64,000 nucleotides of DNA from Macrostomum lignano (taxonomy: Eukaryota): positions 496,001 to 560,000 of the forward strand of contig NIVC01000031.1 of assembly GCA_002269645.1 (NCBI GenBank), given 5' to 3'. A program made the translations under genes and the position numbers. The notes beneath the pieces are model-generated. The model saw nothing but the letters and a program-made list of their open reading frames with translations. It was not told the DNA's origin and made no database searches. Shown in pieces: positions 23,306-35,639 of this stretch (positions are counted from its first letter, which is position 1; each line of letters begins with the position of its first letter).

Positions 23306-23617
23306 CTGGGAATATTAGGTAAAGGAATTCAATAAATTTTGAGTTGTTTGAGGCTTTCGGAGTACTTTGGAGTCACTCAGCATTCCGCGGCACAACCCTC
23401 TGCTTCACCTACACTGGCCCCATATTTAAGCGCGGACTCACTGAGTCGCACCTTAAATGCCGACATCTGTACTGTCATATTTTTACCTTCCAAAAACACC
23501 TTGAAATTGGGGCGCCAGGGCATGGTTTAGGGGTGCCATGAAGAGATTGGGGATGCTGTTGACTCCTATCTGATTGAGCTGACTGTCGAGGAGGGAATCT
23601 CCATCGGCGTTGAGCGG

Positions 23618-24424
23618 ATGGTGCTGCGAAGCACATTCGTTCTTATTGCTCCTAGCAGCGAGGAGGACGCTCGGCGGCTGCTCCAGCGGCTACCGACGGT
23701 CTCCTTGGATGCTGACCTTGGTGGAGCTCTTTTTCTTCGCGAGGGCCAGCGTCCAAAGACGATACCCTATGTGGTTTTCGTCCCTGCTAAGAGCACCGCA
23801 GCTGGACCAGACGTTATTCGCCGGGTCCTACTGCGTCTGAACCCCGACCTCCCTGCTAGTGGACTGGTGTATCACCGCAAAGTCCGCAGGGGGGAGACGG
23901 GCAACTCAATTGTCCTCGGCCTTTCCAGCACTTGGGCGAGTCGGTACCCTAATGGATCCTCTTTCCAGCTGGGTGCCCTCAAGCTCAAGTTGCGCCGAGG
24001 AAAGTCTGCCAAAGGGAAGGCTACTGCCAACCCCGGCATCTCCGGCAAGAGCGGGCGCAGTCTAAGGCCCAAGGAAAGGCGCAAGCCGATCCCAAAGCCA
24101 AAGCTGCATCTCGCCCCTCTGCTAGCAGCAGTTCGGCGACCGCGGTAACGGCTCCGGCCGAGCCCCGGGAACCAAACCTGCCAGTCGGAGAAGGAGTTGA
24201 GGACGAGGCCGGGTCTTCGGAATCCGAGCTCTCCTCGGCCACCTTGGTGGGGTCTGAAGGTAAAGATGCAGGTGAGGAAGCTTCCTCCATCCTGTCATCG
24301 GAGCCTGAGGACTCTGCTGGGGGGCCGGTGGGGTGAGGAGGCCATGGACGTCGACCAACTCCCATCTCCCAGTCAAGCCCCAGCGGCCTGGGACGAGGAC
24401 GATCTGTTGTCCAAGTCTCCTTGA
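23618..24424 (+). pseudogene. LINE ORF1 remnant, frameshifted
   Basis: The frame of ORF 23618-24148 is open from the element's 5' end and is followed by acidic, low-complexity pieces in shifted frames up to 24424. Confidence 0.55.
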
Positions 24425-24463
24425 TGGCCCTGGGCTCTAGCCAGATATTGCATTTAATACAGT

Positions 24464-27400
24464 ATGACTAAGCTCCACGCTGCCAAAGGAGCGACATTCT
24501 GTCTGCAAATAAATTTACAGCATTGCGTATCTGCGTCAGTAAATCTGATGAAGATTGCTGAGCTGTACAGGCCAGGCCTCATCCTGATCCAGGAACCCTG
24601 GATGCGCAACGGTAAGTTGCCCAACATTCCCTCTGGCTACTCTGATTTTTATGTGTGTGGCCCGGGGAACAGCCGCCCTAGAGCGGCTATCCTCGCTGCT
24701 AGCCATCTCCAGGCTTGGCTGAGGACTGATCTCTCTGATGGAGACCTTTGCGTCATCCAATCTAATCATTTCTCTCCGCGTACGTGTCTTGTTGCCTCGG
24801 TTTATATCCCAGGCGACAGAGACCCTGCTCCGAGAGTTTACTGCGCCTTGCGCAGTACTGCGAGTCCAGAACGCTGAGCTGTGCTTAGGGGGCGACCTCA
24901 ACGCGCACCACAAGCACTGGGGCAGCAAAGATACCAACACTAGAGGAGAGGAGCTTCTGGCCCTCATCTCTAACACAAACCTCATGCTCTGCAACCGCGG
25001 CAGCACTCCTACCTTTAATAATGGCAGATGGACCGAGGTCCTCGACGCCACACTCGTTACCCCAAGACTCTTTGACAGAGTCAAGGAGTGGAGAGTCTGG
25101 TCTGAGGAGCCCTCCCTGTCTGACCACTGCTTTATCGCCTTTAATATCGCGGACACTAAAACCCAGTCTCCGATCACTTGGAGACGCAATATCCGCAACA
25201 CTGATTGGGCGGCCTACAAGGCTGCCCTTGATCTGCACCTGCAGGAACTCACGGACTTACGTCCGATTGAGACCTGCGAGGATGTGGATCATATGGCTGA
25301 GACGCTGACAGGTTGCATTATTGCAGCCTACGAAGCGGCTTGTCCTGCTCGCGCCTACAGAGGCAAGACCTCGGCGCCGTGGTGGAACCCGGAGCTGGGG
25401 AAACTCAGGCGGAAGGCCAAAAGCCTTCATCGCCGTGCCATGAAGACCGGAAACCCGGAGGACATGGAGCTTTTCCGGCAAGCCTCCCGCAATTTCAAAT
25501 CTGAAGTGCGCAAGGCCAAGGAATGTAAGTGGCGCCAATTCTGCAATGAATTGGATCAAGACAGACCTACTTCTAGGCTTGTCAAGGCCCTTACAATGGA
25601 CAAAATGTCCAAATTAGCCATGATCAAAAAAGATGATGGCTCTCTTACTAAAGACCCTGAAGAAGTGCTTCAGCATATGCTTAGCACATTCTTCCCGAGG
25701 GTACCTACTGCTAGACCGGAGCCCAACCATTCGATGGATGGAGCCACCCTAGCGGCGGGCATTGTCACTGAAGACCTAATCGCTCGTGCGGTCAGAACCT
25801 TCAAACCCTTCAAATCTCCTGGACCTGATGGTATCTACCCTGTTCTCCTTCGTGAAGCAGCCAAGATACCCTCGTTCCTGAGACTCACCCGCAATCTTAT
25901 GCGGGCCTCTATCCAGCTGGGATACGTTCCCAAAAGCTGGACTGAAGCTCGAGTAGTCTTTATTCCCAAACCTGGGAAGGGTGACTACCAAAGCGTCAAG
26001 GCCTTCCGGCCAATTAGCTTAACGTCAGCAATGCTTAAGCTCACTGAGAGGCTTATTCTCTGGCGGCTGCTCTCCTGCGAGCTGACAGCGATGCCCCTCA
26101 GCAATAATCAGCACGCCTTCCGTACCGGGAGGTCGACTGACAGCGCCCTGCATGCGATTGTCGAAAAGATTGAACGGGCGGTACTGGGTGACGGTTACGC
26201 CCTGGCTCTCTTTCTTGACATTGTTGGCGCCTTCGACAACGTTATCTTTGAAGCGTTTCAGAGGGCCCTTCAAAATCGCAAAGCTCATGCTACCCTCATA
26301 CGGTGGATCATGTACATGATCTCCAACCGTACGGTCACTGCCCAACTTCTTGGGCAAACTGCCTCCACCAGAGTCTGTAAGGGTGGACCCCAAGGCGGAG
26401 TCCTCACCCCGACGCTCTGGAACCTGGTCATGGACGCTCTTCTGAGTGACTCCCGACCTGACCCCGTCTTCAAAGTCGGGTATGCTGATGACGTCACGGC
26501 CATTGTGGCAGGACCGTCTCCCAGCACGCTCAGGGATCTGATGCAGAGCTTTATCCGCAAAGCAGAATCCTGGGCCAATGACAATGGTTTGGAACTCTCT
26601 GAGCCCAAAACCGTTGCCATTATGTTTACCAGCAGACTACGCTGGAACATACGTCCTCTGCAGCTCTACGGCAGAGATATTGCCTTCGCGCACCAGACCA
26701 GATGTCTCGGGGTCACACTTGACCACCGGCTCAACTGGTCCTTCCACGTGAAAGCAAAAGCTAAGCGTGCCTCAGCCATCCTGGCCCAGCTCCGACGAGC
26801 ACTTGGCACTTCTTGGGGTCTATCCCCAAAGCGGCTTTGGTGGATCTATACTTCCGTAGTTAGACCTGCCATTACGTACGCCTCTGTTGTCTGGGTTAGC
26901 GCTACCCAGGTCAAAAGCCATGCAGACCTGCTCAACACGATCCAAGGCAGAGCGTGTAGGCTCATCTGCAACGCCACCAGGTCCACGCCCTTTGCTGGCA
27001 TGGGGGCCTTTCTTAATCTTCCGCCTCTTGACCTCTTCATCAGGGGTGAGGCGGCTAGAACGACGCGGCGTCTAATTGATGCCGGCGTCAAATTCATTTA
27101 CATGAGAGCACCTGCTAAGCGGAACCTTGTCCCGCATAGCGATCTGTGCCTCAACTTTCTCAACGAGTGTCAGGCCAATCGCGTCTTCACCGATGGCATT
27201 GCCTCAACGCTCAACCTGAGACAGCGCTACTCCGTAGCTATCGACTCGCGCGATAACATCAATGACCATTGGAACCCTGGTGAGCTTCATTGCTACACCG
27301 ACGGTTCTAAGCAGTCAGCCAACACCGGCTTTGGTGTTGGAATCTTTCTGAACGGGAGGGTCATCGCTACCCACGCTCAATACACTGGGGTCAACTCCAG

Positions 27401-28202
27401 TGTTTTCCAAAATGAAGTTCTGGCCATCAGCTCCTGCACTGCAGAGCTTCTCGCCACTGGCGTTACTGGTAAGAACATCATTTTCCATTCGGACAGCCAA
27501 GCTGCCTTGCACGCCATCAGTGGCTGCAGCACCAACTCTGCTACAGTCCTTGACTGTATCAAACTCCTCAATGTGTTGGGTTCCGCCAACAAAATTACCC
27601 TTAAGTGGGTTCCGGGGCATGTGGGGATCCGAGGAAATGAGTTGGCTGACACCCTTGCAAAAGTTGGTGCCTCCGGCTCCTCTCTCGGCCCCGAACCTCT
27701 TGTCCCGATTCCTGGCTGTGTCATCGACTCGCGCATCAAAGCGTGGATCAGGACTCAGCACCGCTCGACTTGGGCGAACCGCACGAACTGCAGGCAATCC
27801 AGAGGCGCTGTCCCTCAGCCCTCTCACCAGTTCCGGAAGCTCCTCTTGCGCCTCTCGCGCAGAGACATCCGGGCTGCCACCATGACCCTCTCTGGTCACG
27901 GCTGCTTCTCCAGGCACCAGTACCTGCAGGGCAACGCCACCAACGCCACCTGTAGTTTCTGCAACTCAGGTGACGAAACCGCTGAGCATTTCGTCAGCAT
28001 CTGTCCCGCCTTCACGCGGGCCAGACTCACTTACCTCGGGCCACACACATCTATTACTGAAGCGTGCAAACCCGAAAACTTTAATCAGCTCATGCGCTAC
28101 CTTCGGGCCACCCGCAGGGCTGAACTCTCCTTTCCAGAGAGCACCATAGCTGCTGGCGACACTGGGGGACCTCCCTGGGCGGCGCCAACCCTCCGTCCAT
28201 AG
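24464..28202 (+). CDS. pol: LINE ORF2: AP endonuclease, reverse transcriptase, RNase H, C-terminal CCHC; frameshift near 24820-24880
   Basis: QINLQH/LIQEPW, GGDLNAHH, SDH, FLDIVGAFDN, GPQGGVLTP, GYADD, YTDGSK, KWVPGHVGIRGNELAD, CSFC..ETAEHFVSIC. Confidence 0.93.
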
Positions 28203-28479
28203 CGACGCGTCGGCCGTTCAGGGACTAGCGGAATGGGCGCCCGCGCCTTCCCGCTGTGTCCCCTCCGGGACAGCCCTGCAGCTAAGTCAAGATTGGGGAT
28301 GCCATAGGAAGTTTGGGGGTGCCATGAGGAGCTGCCCCAAGAAATTCGTGACGCCCTTGCTTGACTGCTGCGCTGCTGAGAATTTCAGGGCGCCGATCAT
28401 CAAAGCGCAATGAATTTTCGCCAAAAATATTTTCAGCATTTTAGCGTCAGTCATGCAGCATCTCTCTGCCAGGACTCAC

Positions 28480-29615
28480 CCAGCGTGAGGCTGAGAGGCT
28501 TCGAGCAGCCGCTGTGTGGAGGAAATCCAGGCCTGCTTTGCTGACTGGTCATTGAGTAACCAAAATCTCTCAACAACATCAGCCGGTGTTATGCCCCTGT
28601 TGCTCTTCAAACTGAACATTTCGGCTCCGATTTGGTCAAAAATGAACTGAAGAGAATCGACTGGCTGATGCTTAGCGGCCAAATGGACGGCCGTGTCACC
28701 GTCTCTGTCAGGAACTGTGAGACAGTCGCTGCCGAGCTCATTCACCAGCCACTTCAGATTTGAGCTGTCGGACTTCTGAGCAGCAAAGTGAAATGCTGTT
28801 CTATCACACTTTGTCTTCAGCCGAAAGCAGTCAGTTCCGATCTGTCTCTTGATCCACTCCAGCGACTCGATGCCTTGATACAGAGCGGCCAAATGGACGG
28901 CTGTGTCACCTTCTTTGTCAGGAACTGTGAGACAGTCGCTGCCGAGCTCCTTCACCAGCCACTTCAGATTTGAGCTGTCGGACTTCTGAGCAGCAAAGTG
29001 AAATGCTGTTCTATCACACTTTGTCTTCAGCCGAAAGCAGTCAGTTCCGATCTGTCTCTTGATCCACTCCAGCGACTCGATGCCCTGATGCCTAGCGGCC
29101 AAATGAACGGCCGTGTCACCGTCTTTATCAGGAGCTGTGAGACAGTCGCTGCCGAGTTCCTTCACCAGCCACTTTAGACAAGAACTGCTTTTTCTGTTCA
29201 TAGCGGCAAAGTGAGCGACTGTCTGCCCCCACTTATCAACAATTCTCAGACAGCCTCTGCCTCCCTTCTCTTTAACCAGCTTCATCCAAGACTCGTCCTG
29301 ATGCTGGGCTGCCAAGTGCACTGGAGTCTGATCACTGTCATTTATATGTGTCAGACAGCCGGGTCCGAATCTGTCAATCAGCAGCTCCAGGCAGGACGAA
29401 CTCACCGGCTTGCAGGCCACGTGATGGGCCAACGGCATTTTAAGAAGCTTTCTAAAGAAAAGGTTTTGCATTCCGAAGCCGCCCACCTTCAGCTCGATGT
29501 TGCTGCCGACCTCACCGCACAGTCGCTGCAGCTCCTCGCTGTCTCCAGCCTCCAGCGCCGCTCTCAGCTTCCGCTCCATCTCTGTTGCCTTGGCTACACT
29601 TCGAGTGTTCCCCAT
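28480..29615 (-). CDS. ANK-kinase copy 1, ankyrin-repeat exon
   Basis: ORF 28476-29615 with repeated TAVHLAA/TAFHFAA ankyrin motifs; its apparent stop lies inside a GG|GTGAGT donor at 28479 (phase 2). Confidence 0.9.
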
Positions 29616-30029
29616 GCCGGTTTCTCTTTCCTAGCAGCGCTTCTCTGCGGATCTGCTGTCTGCCGCAGCTGTTCCACACGGCTTCAAATTGAGTGCTTTG
29701 CTCTTCTTCAAGCAAATTTGCCTGCCAGCTCAGCAGCAGCAGCAAAAGTGATCTGTCCTTAAAAGTAGCATGTCTTGGTTCAACTCTGACGCACTTGCAT
29801 TTCGAAAATAGGCGGCACGGCAGTCTTAAACGATAGGGCAGTGTCGGTGTGCAGCAGCACCACTGTGCGATAAGCGGAGTTCTGAATAAGATAAGCAGGA
29901 GTTTTACCTGAGAGTCGCATAGCGCTGTAAACATTAGGCTGTGGCATTCCGAGTTTTGTTGTAATGTTGGAAATTTGACTCGTTTAATTTATACAGCAAA
30001 TGGGGGATGGGGGGAAATGGCAACTTAAA

Positions 30030-31513
30030 CCGAGGGACTCAGTGACATCTGCCAGCTTTTCGTTTCCGAGGAGGTTTCTCCATCCTCTTTCGCTCAGGCC
30101 TGGCTGTGGGAGAACAGATCCCCCCTGCTGCCTTTTTGCTGGGCAGGTGGCTGCTGAGTAGTTGGCTGCTGACTGTTCTCAAGGGCCACTTCTGTGGAGG
30201 AGGGCTTGGGCGTCAGCTGTCACTCTGACCTGGCGTCTGGTCCCAAACCTACAGCCGGCCTCCCGCCCCCTGATCTTGCAGTGTTGACCGGGGGCCTGCC
30301 GGGGCCTCGCCTGGAAGCAATCCTGTGGTAAGACGGCAATCCAAAGCTTCTCTGTTGTTTACTGTGACAGAGGGTAGCTCCTCGGAGCTGGCTGGGGTAT
30401 ATCCAGTCCCCGCGCGGTTACCTACCCCATTTTTCTACAATTCAGTTTTCTCCATTCCAGCCTACTCTGCATGGATTTCTAGACCATTCGATACGGCTCG
30501 AGAGACGAAAATTCCGCGGCAGCGTCATCCTCGCCTTCAAGGACGAGGCCCAGCTTGAGCTCGCGCTGGCAAAGCTTGTGTCCATCTCCTGGGACACCTG
30601 CGCGACCGCTCTCCCACCCATGGTCGTTGAGCGTGCCCGACCACGCCGCCCTGTAGGCGCTACCGAGCCTTCTACTCCGGCTCGAGGTGCATCGAGGAGA
30701 TTCGCGCCGGGCTCCCCGGTAAGACCCCGTACATGGGTTTCTCGGCTGAGTGGGAAAACGTCCTCGGAAAGAGCGATTTGGAAGCCTACGTCGGGGCGTG
30801 GAAGATCGTCTTCCACCTGCTGCCCAGGCGTCGCCCGGTTGGCGATCGACGCAGAGGCGAGTCCGCGAGCTCGGATAGCTCTGGGAACGAGTAATGCCGT
30901 TCGCAACGCTGTGTCAAACTAGGAGCGGGGCTCTGAGGGCGAACCCTGCTGGCCAGCCGAAATATGACACTGCGACCAGCAACCAAATCATTGGCAATCC
31001 GCCTCCGGCGAACCAACCAGTAAACCTGCACATTATTCATATCAACCTGTTCCAAGCTCTCGCAGCATCTGGCAACCTTACAGGCACTTTCGACAACAAG
31101 GATGTTGACATCTACCTTATTCATTAACCGTATACCCGCATGGAAAAGCCGACCTGCATGCTTCCAGGCTACCAACAACAACAACAGAATACGCAGGGCG
31201 CTCTTCAAGGCCAGGTCGCGAATGAACGCCACGCCGCCGGTCGAATCCGGGGCGCCGGCGTCAACCAGCAGGCGCCGAGTGCGCGCCTGCCCCGGCCGAT
31301 AGGGTGGTTAGCAGCAGCACCGGCCTGCACCGGCTCTGGTCAGTACGACTCGGCGCGGATGATGTGGCCTGCCTGCTGGAGTCGCCGAAGGGCGCAACAG
31401 GTCGTTTGGACGGACCAGGCTACCAAGTTATGTACCTTTGCGCGACCGACACCACCAGAGCCATCGCCCTCGTCAGAGGCGCTTTTTTCGAGCAACTGAT
31501 TTTTGTGTTTGCA
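30030..31513 (+). mobile_element. Decayed LINE 5' portion (ORF1-like region plus start of AP endonuclease), truncated
   Basis: VNLHIIHINL..DVDIYLI(H*)PYTR..MLPGYQ|VMYLCATDTTRAIALVRG parallels the APE start at 24464; contains stops and a nested insertion. The left boundary is approximate. Confidence 0.6.
31176..31414 (-). mobile_element. 239-bp 5'-truncated RTE-like LINE end nested in the APE remnant
   Basis: 12-bp TSD CCAGGCTACCAA at 31164-31175 and 31415-31426; (TTG)n tail; encodes RRLQQAGHIIRAESY. Confidence 0.8.
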
Positions 31514-31616
31514 TGATTTTTGGACTGAACTTTTACTAGCAACTGTTGGAGCAGGAAGCCCAGTGCTTACTCAAGAGTTCTCAGTTAAATATACAGACAC
31601 CGTTTAGCTTGCCGTG

Positions 31617-31815
31617 ACCCACTGTGTCCTGACTTGCCGTGACCGGTGTGTCCTGACTTGCCGTGACCCGCTGTGTCCTGACTTGCCGTGACCCGCTGTG
31701 TCCTGACTTGCCGTGACCCGCTGTGTCTTGACTTGCCGTGACCCGCTGTGTCCTGACTTGCCGTGACCCGCTGTGTCCTGACCTGCCGTGACGTGACCCA
31801 TTGTATCCTGACTTG
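31617..31815 (-). repeat. Inverted copy of the 25-bp minisatellite, ~8 units
   Basis: Reverse complement of the unit at 19637-20370. Confidence 0.95.
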
Positions 31816-31856
31816 CTCATACCTACCGCTGCAACCACGCTCAGTTGTGCAGCAAT

Positions 31857-33234
31857 AGGAGTCTCCTGTTAGCCGTGGGAGTCTCCTGTTAGCCGTGGGA
31901 GTCTCCTGTTAGCCGTGGGAGTCTCCTGTTAGCCATGGGAGTCTCCTGTTAACCCTGGGAGTCTCCTGTTAGCCATGGGAGTCTCCTGTTAACCCTGGGA
32001 GTCTCCTGTTAGCCATGGGAGTCTCCTGTTAGCCATGGGAGTCTCCTGTTAGCCATGGGAGTCTCCTGTTAGCCATGGGAGTCTCCTGTTAACCCTGGGA
32101 GTCTCCTGTTAGCCATGGGAGTCTCCTGTTAGCCATGGGAGTCTCCTGTTAACCCTGGGAGTCTCCTGTTAGCCATGGGAGTCTCCTGTTAGCCATGGGA
32201 GTCTCCTGTTAGCCATGGGAGTCTCCTGTTAGCCATGGGAGTCTCCTGTTAACCCTGGGAGTCTCCTGTTAGCCATGGGAGTCTCCTGTTAGCCATGGGA
32301 GTCTCCTGTTAGCCATGGGAGTCTCCTGTTAACCCTGGGAGTCTCCTGTTAGCCATGGGAGTCTCCTGTTAGCCATGGGAGTCTCCTGTTAGCCATGGGA
32401 GTCTCCTGTTAGCCATGGGAGTCTCCTGTTAACCCTGGGAGTCTCCTGTTAGCCATGGGAGTCTCCTGTTAACCCTGGGAGTCTCCTGTTAGCCATGGGA
32501 GTCTCCTGTTAGCCATGGGAGTCTCCTGTTAACCCTGGGAGTCTCCTGTTAGCCATGGGAGTCTCCTGTTAGCCATGGGAGTCTCCTGTTAGCCATGGGA
32601 GTCTCTTGTTAGCCATGGGAGTCTCCTGTTAACCCTGGGAGTCTCCTGTTAGCCATGGGAGTCTCCTGTTAACCCTGGGAGTCTCCTGTTAGCCATGGGA
32701 GTCTCCTGTTAGCCATGGGAGTCTCCTGTTAACCCTGGGAGTCTCCTGTTAGCCATGGGAGTCTCCTGTTAGCCATGGGAGTCTCCTGTTAGCCATGGGA
32801 GTCTCCTGTTAGCCATGGGAGTCTCCTGTTAACCCTGGGAGTCTCCTGTTAGCCATGGGAGTCTCCTGTTAGCCATGGGAGTCTCCTGTTAGCCATGGGA
32901 GTCTCCTGTTAACCCTGGGAGTCTCCTGTTAGCCATGGGAGTCTCCTGTTAACCCTGGGAGTCTCCTGTTAGCCATGGGAGTCTCTTGTTAGCCATGGGA
33001 GTTTCCTGTTAACCCTGGGAGTCTCCTGTTAGCCATGGGAGTCTCCTGTTAACCCTGGGAGTCTCCTGTTAGCCATGGGAGTCTCCTGTTAGCCATGGGA
33101 GTCTCCTGTTAACCCTGGGAGTCTCCTGTTAGCCATGGGAGTCTCCTGTTAACCCTGGGAGTCTCCTGTTAGCCATGGAGTCTCCTGTTAGCCATGGAGT
33201 CTCCTGTTAGCCATGGGAGTCTCCTGTTAGATGT
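31857..33234. repeat. 20-bp minisatellite (GTCTCCTGTTAGCCATGGGA)n with an AACCCT variant, ~68 copies
   Basis: Exact 20-bp register with two interspersed variants. Confidence 0.97.
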
Positions 33235-33639
33235 CCACACGCAGGTCATTACCTTTCCTATATAAAGCTTTGATACATCGTTGGAACTCTGTAATAGCTA
33301 TAAAAATTTTTTTATTCTCCCGTACTGAACTGTTGAAAGCTGGAAAATGCTTACTCTCAAACATCTAACAGGAGACTCCCATGTCTAACAGGAGATTTCC
33401 ATGTGGCGCTTGGTGAAGGCACATACTTTGAAAACTAAATAAAAAAATAAAATTTCTCCCATGATGAATCTCCTATAGTTTTCCCATATTTACTCCAAGA
33501 AAAAATGCGAGGCAACAAAACTTGATAAATGAGATGACCGAGCTCAACTTTTGCCACTCTTGGATGTACCTCCAACCGGCCCGAGATACCGGTCCACACC
33601 TGGAGACAGCGGGGTTTAACAAAAGACATCGGCGCCCAG

Positions 33640-34260
33640 CAAGAGACCCATAGGGTTGCGGCAAGCAAGAGACCCTTAGGGTTGCGGCAAGCAAGAGACC
33701 CTTAGGGTTGCGGCAAGCAAGAGACCCTTAGGGTTGCGGCAAGCAAGAGACCCTTAGGGTTGCGGCAAGCAAAAGACCTTTAGGGTTGCGGCAAGCAAGA
33801 GACCCTTAGGGTTGCGGCAAGCAAGAGACCCTTAGGGTTGCGGCAAGCAAGAGACCCTTAGGGTTGCGGCAAGCAAAAGACCTTTAGGGTTGCGGCAAGC
33901 AAGAGACCCTTAGGGTTGCGGCAAGCAAGAGACCCTTAGGGTTGCGGCAAGCAAGAGACCCTTAGGGGTGCGGCAAGCAAGAGACCCTTAAGGTTGCGGC
34001 AGGCAAGAGACCCTTAGGGTTGCGGCAAGCAAGAGACCCTTAGGGTTGCGGCAAGCAAGAGACCCTTAGGGTTGCGGCAAGCAAGAGACCCTTAGGGTTG
34101 CGGCAAGCAAGAGACCCTTAGGGTTGCGGCAAGCAAGAGACCCTTAGGGTTGCGGCAAGCAAGAGACCCTTAGGGTTGCGGCAAGCAAGAGACCCTTAGG
34201 GTTGCGGCAAGCAAGAGACCCTTAGGGTTGCGGCAGGCAAGAGACCCTTAGGGTTGCGGC
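33640..34260. repeat. 26-bp minisatellite (GCAAGCAAGAGACCCTTAGGGTTGCG)n, ~24 copies
   Basis: Visible periodicity with no spacers. Confidence 0.96.
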
Positions 34261-35639
34261 CACGCCTCCAATCAAAGTTTCTTCCTTTGTTTTTATTACC
34301 GATTTTCACCTGCATTCTATCCCAGAAAGCTGAGATTCTGCTTTAAATATATTCGTAATAATATCTCAGTGAAAAATATGTCGTTTGCTCATTTACGACT
34401 TTGTATTTATCAAATATAAAGTTGCAGTTTTCGAAAGTAGTGTTCCGCTCGTACAATTAGGTTGTGACAGATTTTTTTTTAGCTAGTTACGTTACTTCGA
34501 AGCAGTTTTTAGTAGAAGGGAGAGGCAGACTCTTTCTTTCTGAGTTTTAAGAGACTTGATTTTCACGGTTACATCTTGCAGCTAAACTAGTCGAACAACA
34601 TCTGCTAGAGACGTCCAACTACCCAGCTTAACATCCACCAAAGTGGGATGACCTGAAGGCTCAGTATTTAGGTTGCATGGAGGATGCACCCGCTGGTTGG
34701 CACAAAGGAATGGATTCTGCTGCGACCGAAACTGTACTCTACGAAAGTCAACTACAATGCTAAACAGACGGCTAGAGGTATACAAAGATCAGTGCTGCAA
34801 ACTGAAATTCGCACGATGATTATTAGCAGACCTACGAGTAGCTATATGAGCAGCTGAAACTGATGGAATTTCAAGTTAGGCTAATCGGCAGTCGTCTTCA
34901 GACTTCAGAGGCTCTTCACTATATGGAGCAAACCAACGATTTGGGAAGTCAAAGGGGCTTGGCCGGGACCAAAATCAGAGCCTAACGTTTGGTAACTATG
35001 CACGGACCACTGTAGTGCAAGAGGTTGTAAAAGTTAAATATTGAGTACTTTTTGGAGGCCGATTTTCGAAAAATATACAATGCGGAGATAGGAAAAAATG
35101 AATTTTTCGTCACAAAATCTATCATTATTATATACACACTTGATTCAAGAAGGAGCAGAACAAAAATTCTGCTTAGTGCCACTTTTAGGTATTTCTAGGC
35201 CTCCATTTTGGAATTCCCCTTTCACAATATCTATTTGAGTATCTACTGTCTTACAATATGTGCTTGCTTTTTTTAGAATTTTGGTCTAAATTTTATTCTA
35301 CTGTACTGCCCAGCTTTATAAGTTATCTGACACTAACTTTATCCTAACCAATTGCCATTCTATTTTGTTCGAGTTTTCTCTCTTACTTTCATTTCCATGC
35401 CTTCGAGCAGGGCACTCATCGTCATGCAATTTATGTTATACATAGTGATCTTGGTATCGTAAAGTGTGTCATTTCAAAACAACAAAAATAAAAGTTGAGA
35501 CGGAATTCAGTACCGAATTTTTCTCAACTCTCTTACAATCATTTTCAAATCACATAACTTGAAAAACTTGGTAGATCACATGAACCATGCTTGGAGTCAG
35601 CTCCCGTAGAGGCAGCTGGGCGCCCCTGCCTCCACCCTT

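Larger units (their letters stand above)
23557..28289 (+). mobile_element. LOA/Lian-like LINE (5'-truncated ORF1, then APE-RT-RNase H-CCHC) in the intron of ANK-kinase copy 1
   Basis: 13-bp TSD AGATTGGGGATGC at 23544-23556 and 28290-28302; 3' end CCCTGCAGCTAAGTCA. Clade call is from domain order and motif style. Confidence 0.9.

Noticed and set aside
28476-29615. Stand-alone ankyrin genes ending at the ORF-track stops
   Set aside because: In all three copies the stop is part of a conserved GTGAGT donor in phase with downstream kinase exons.
31857-34260. CRISPR-like appearance of the 20-bp and 26-bp arrays
   Set aside because: Units are head-to-tail with no unique spacers, there are no cas genes, and the context is eukaryotic.
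34550-34980. Exon-like island with a stop-riddled frame; also AT-rich 56200-58100 and 62800-63150
   Set aside because: Probably decayed TE sequence, but I recognise no diagnostic motifs.
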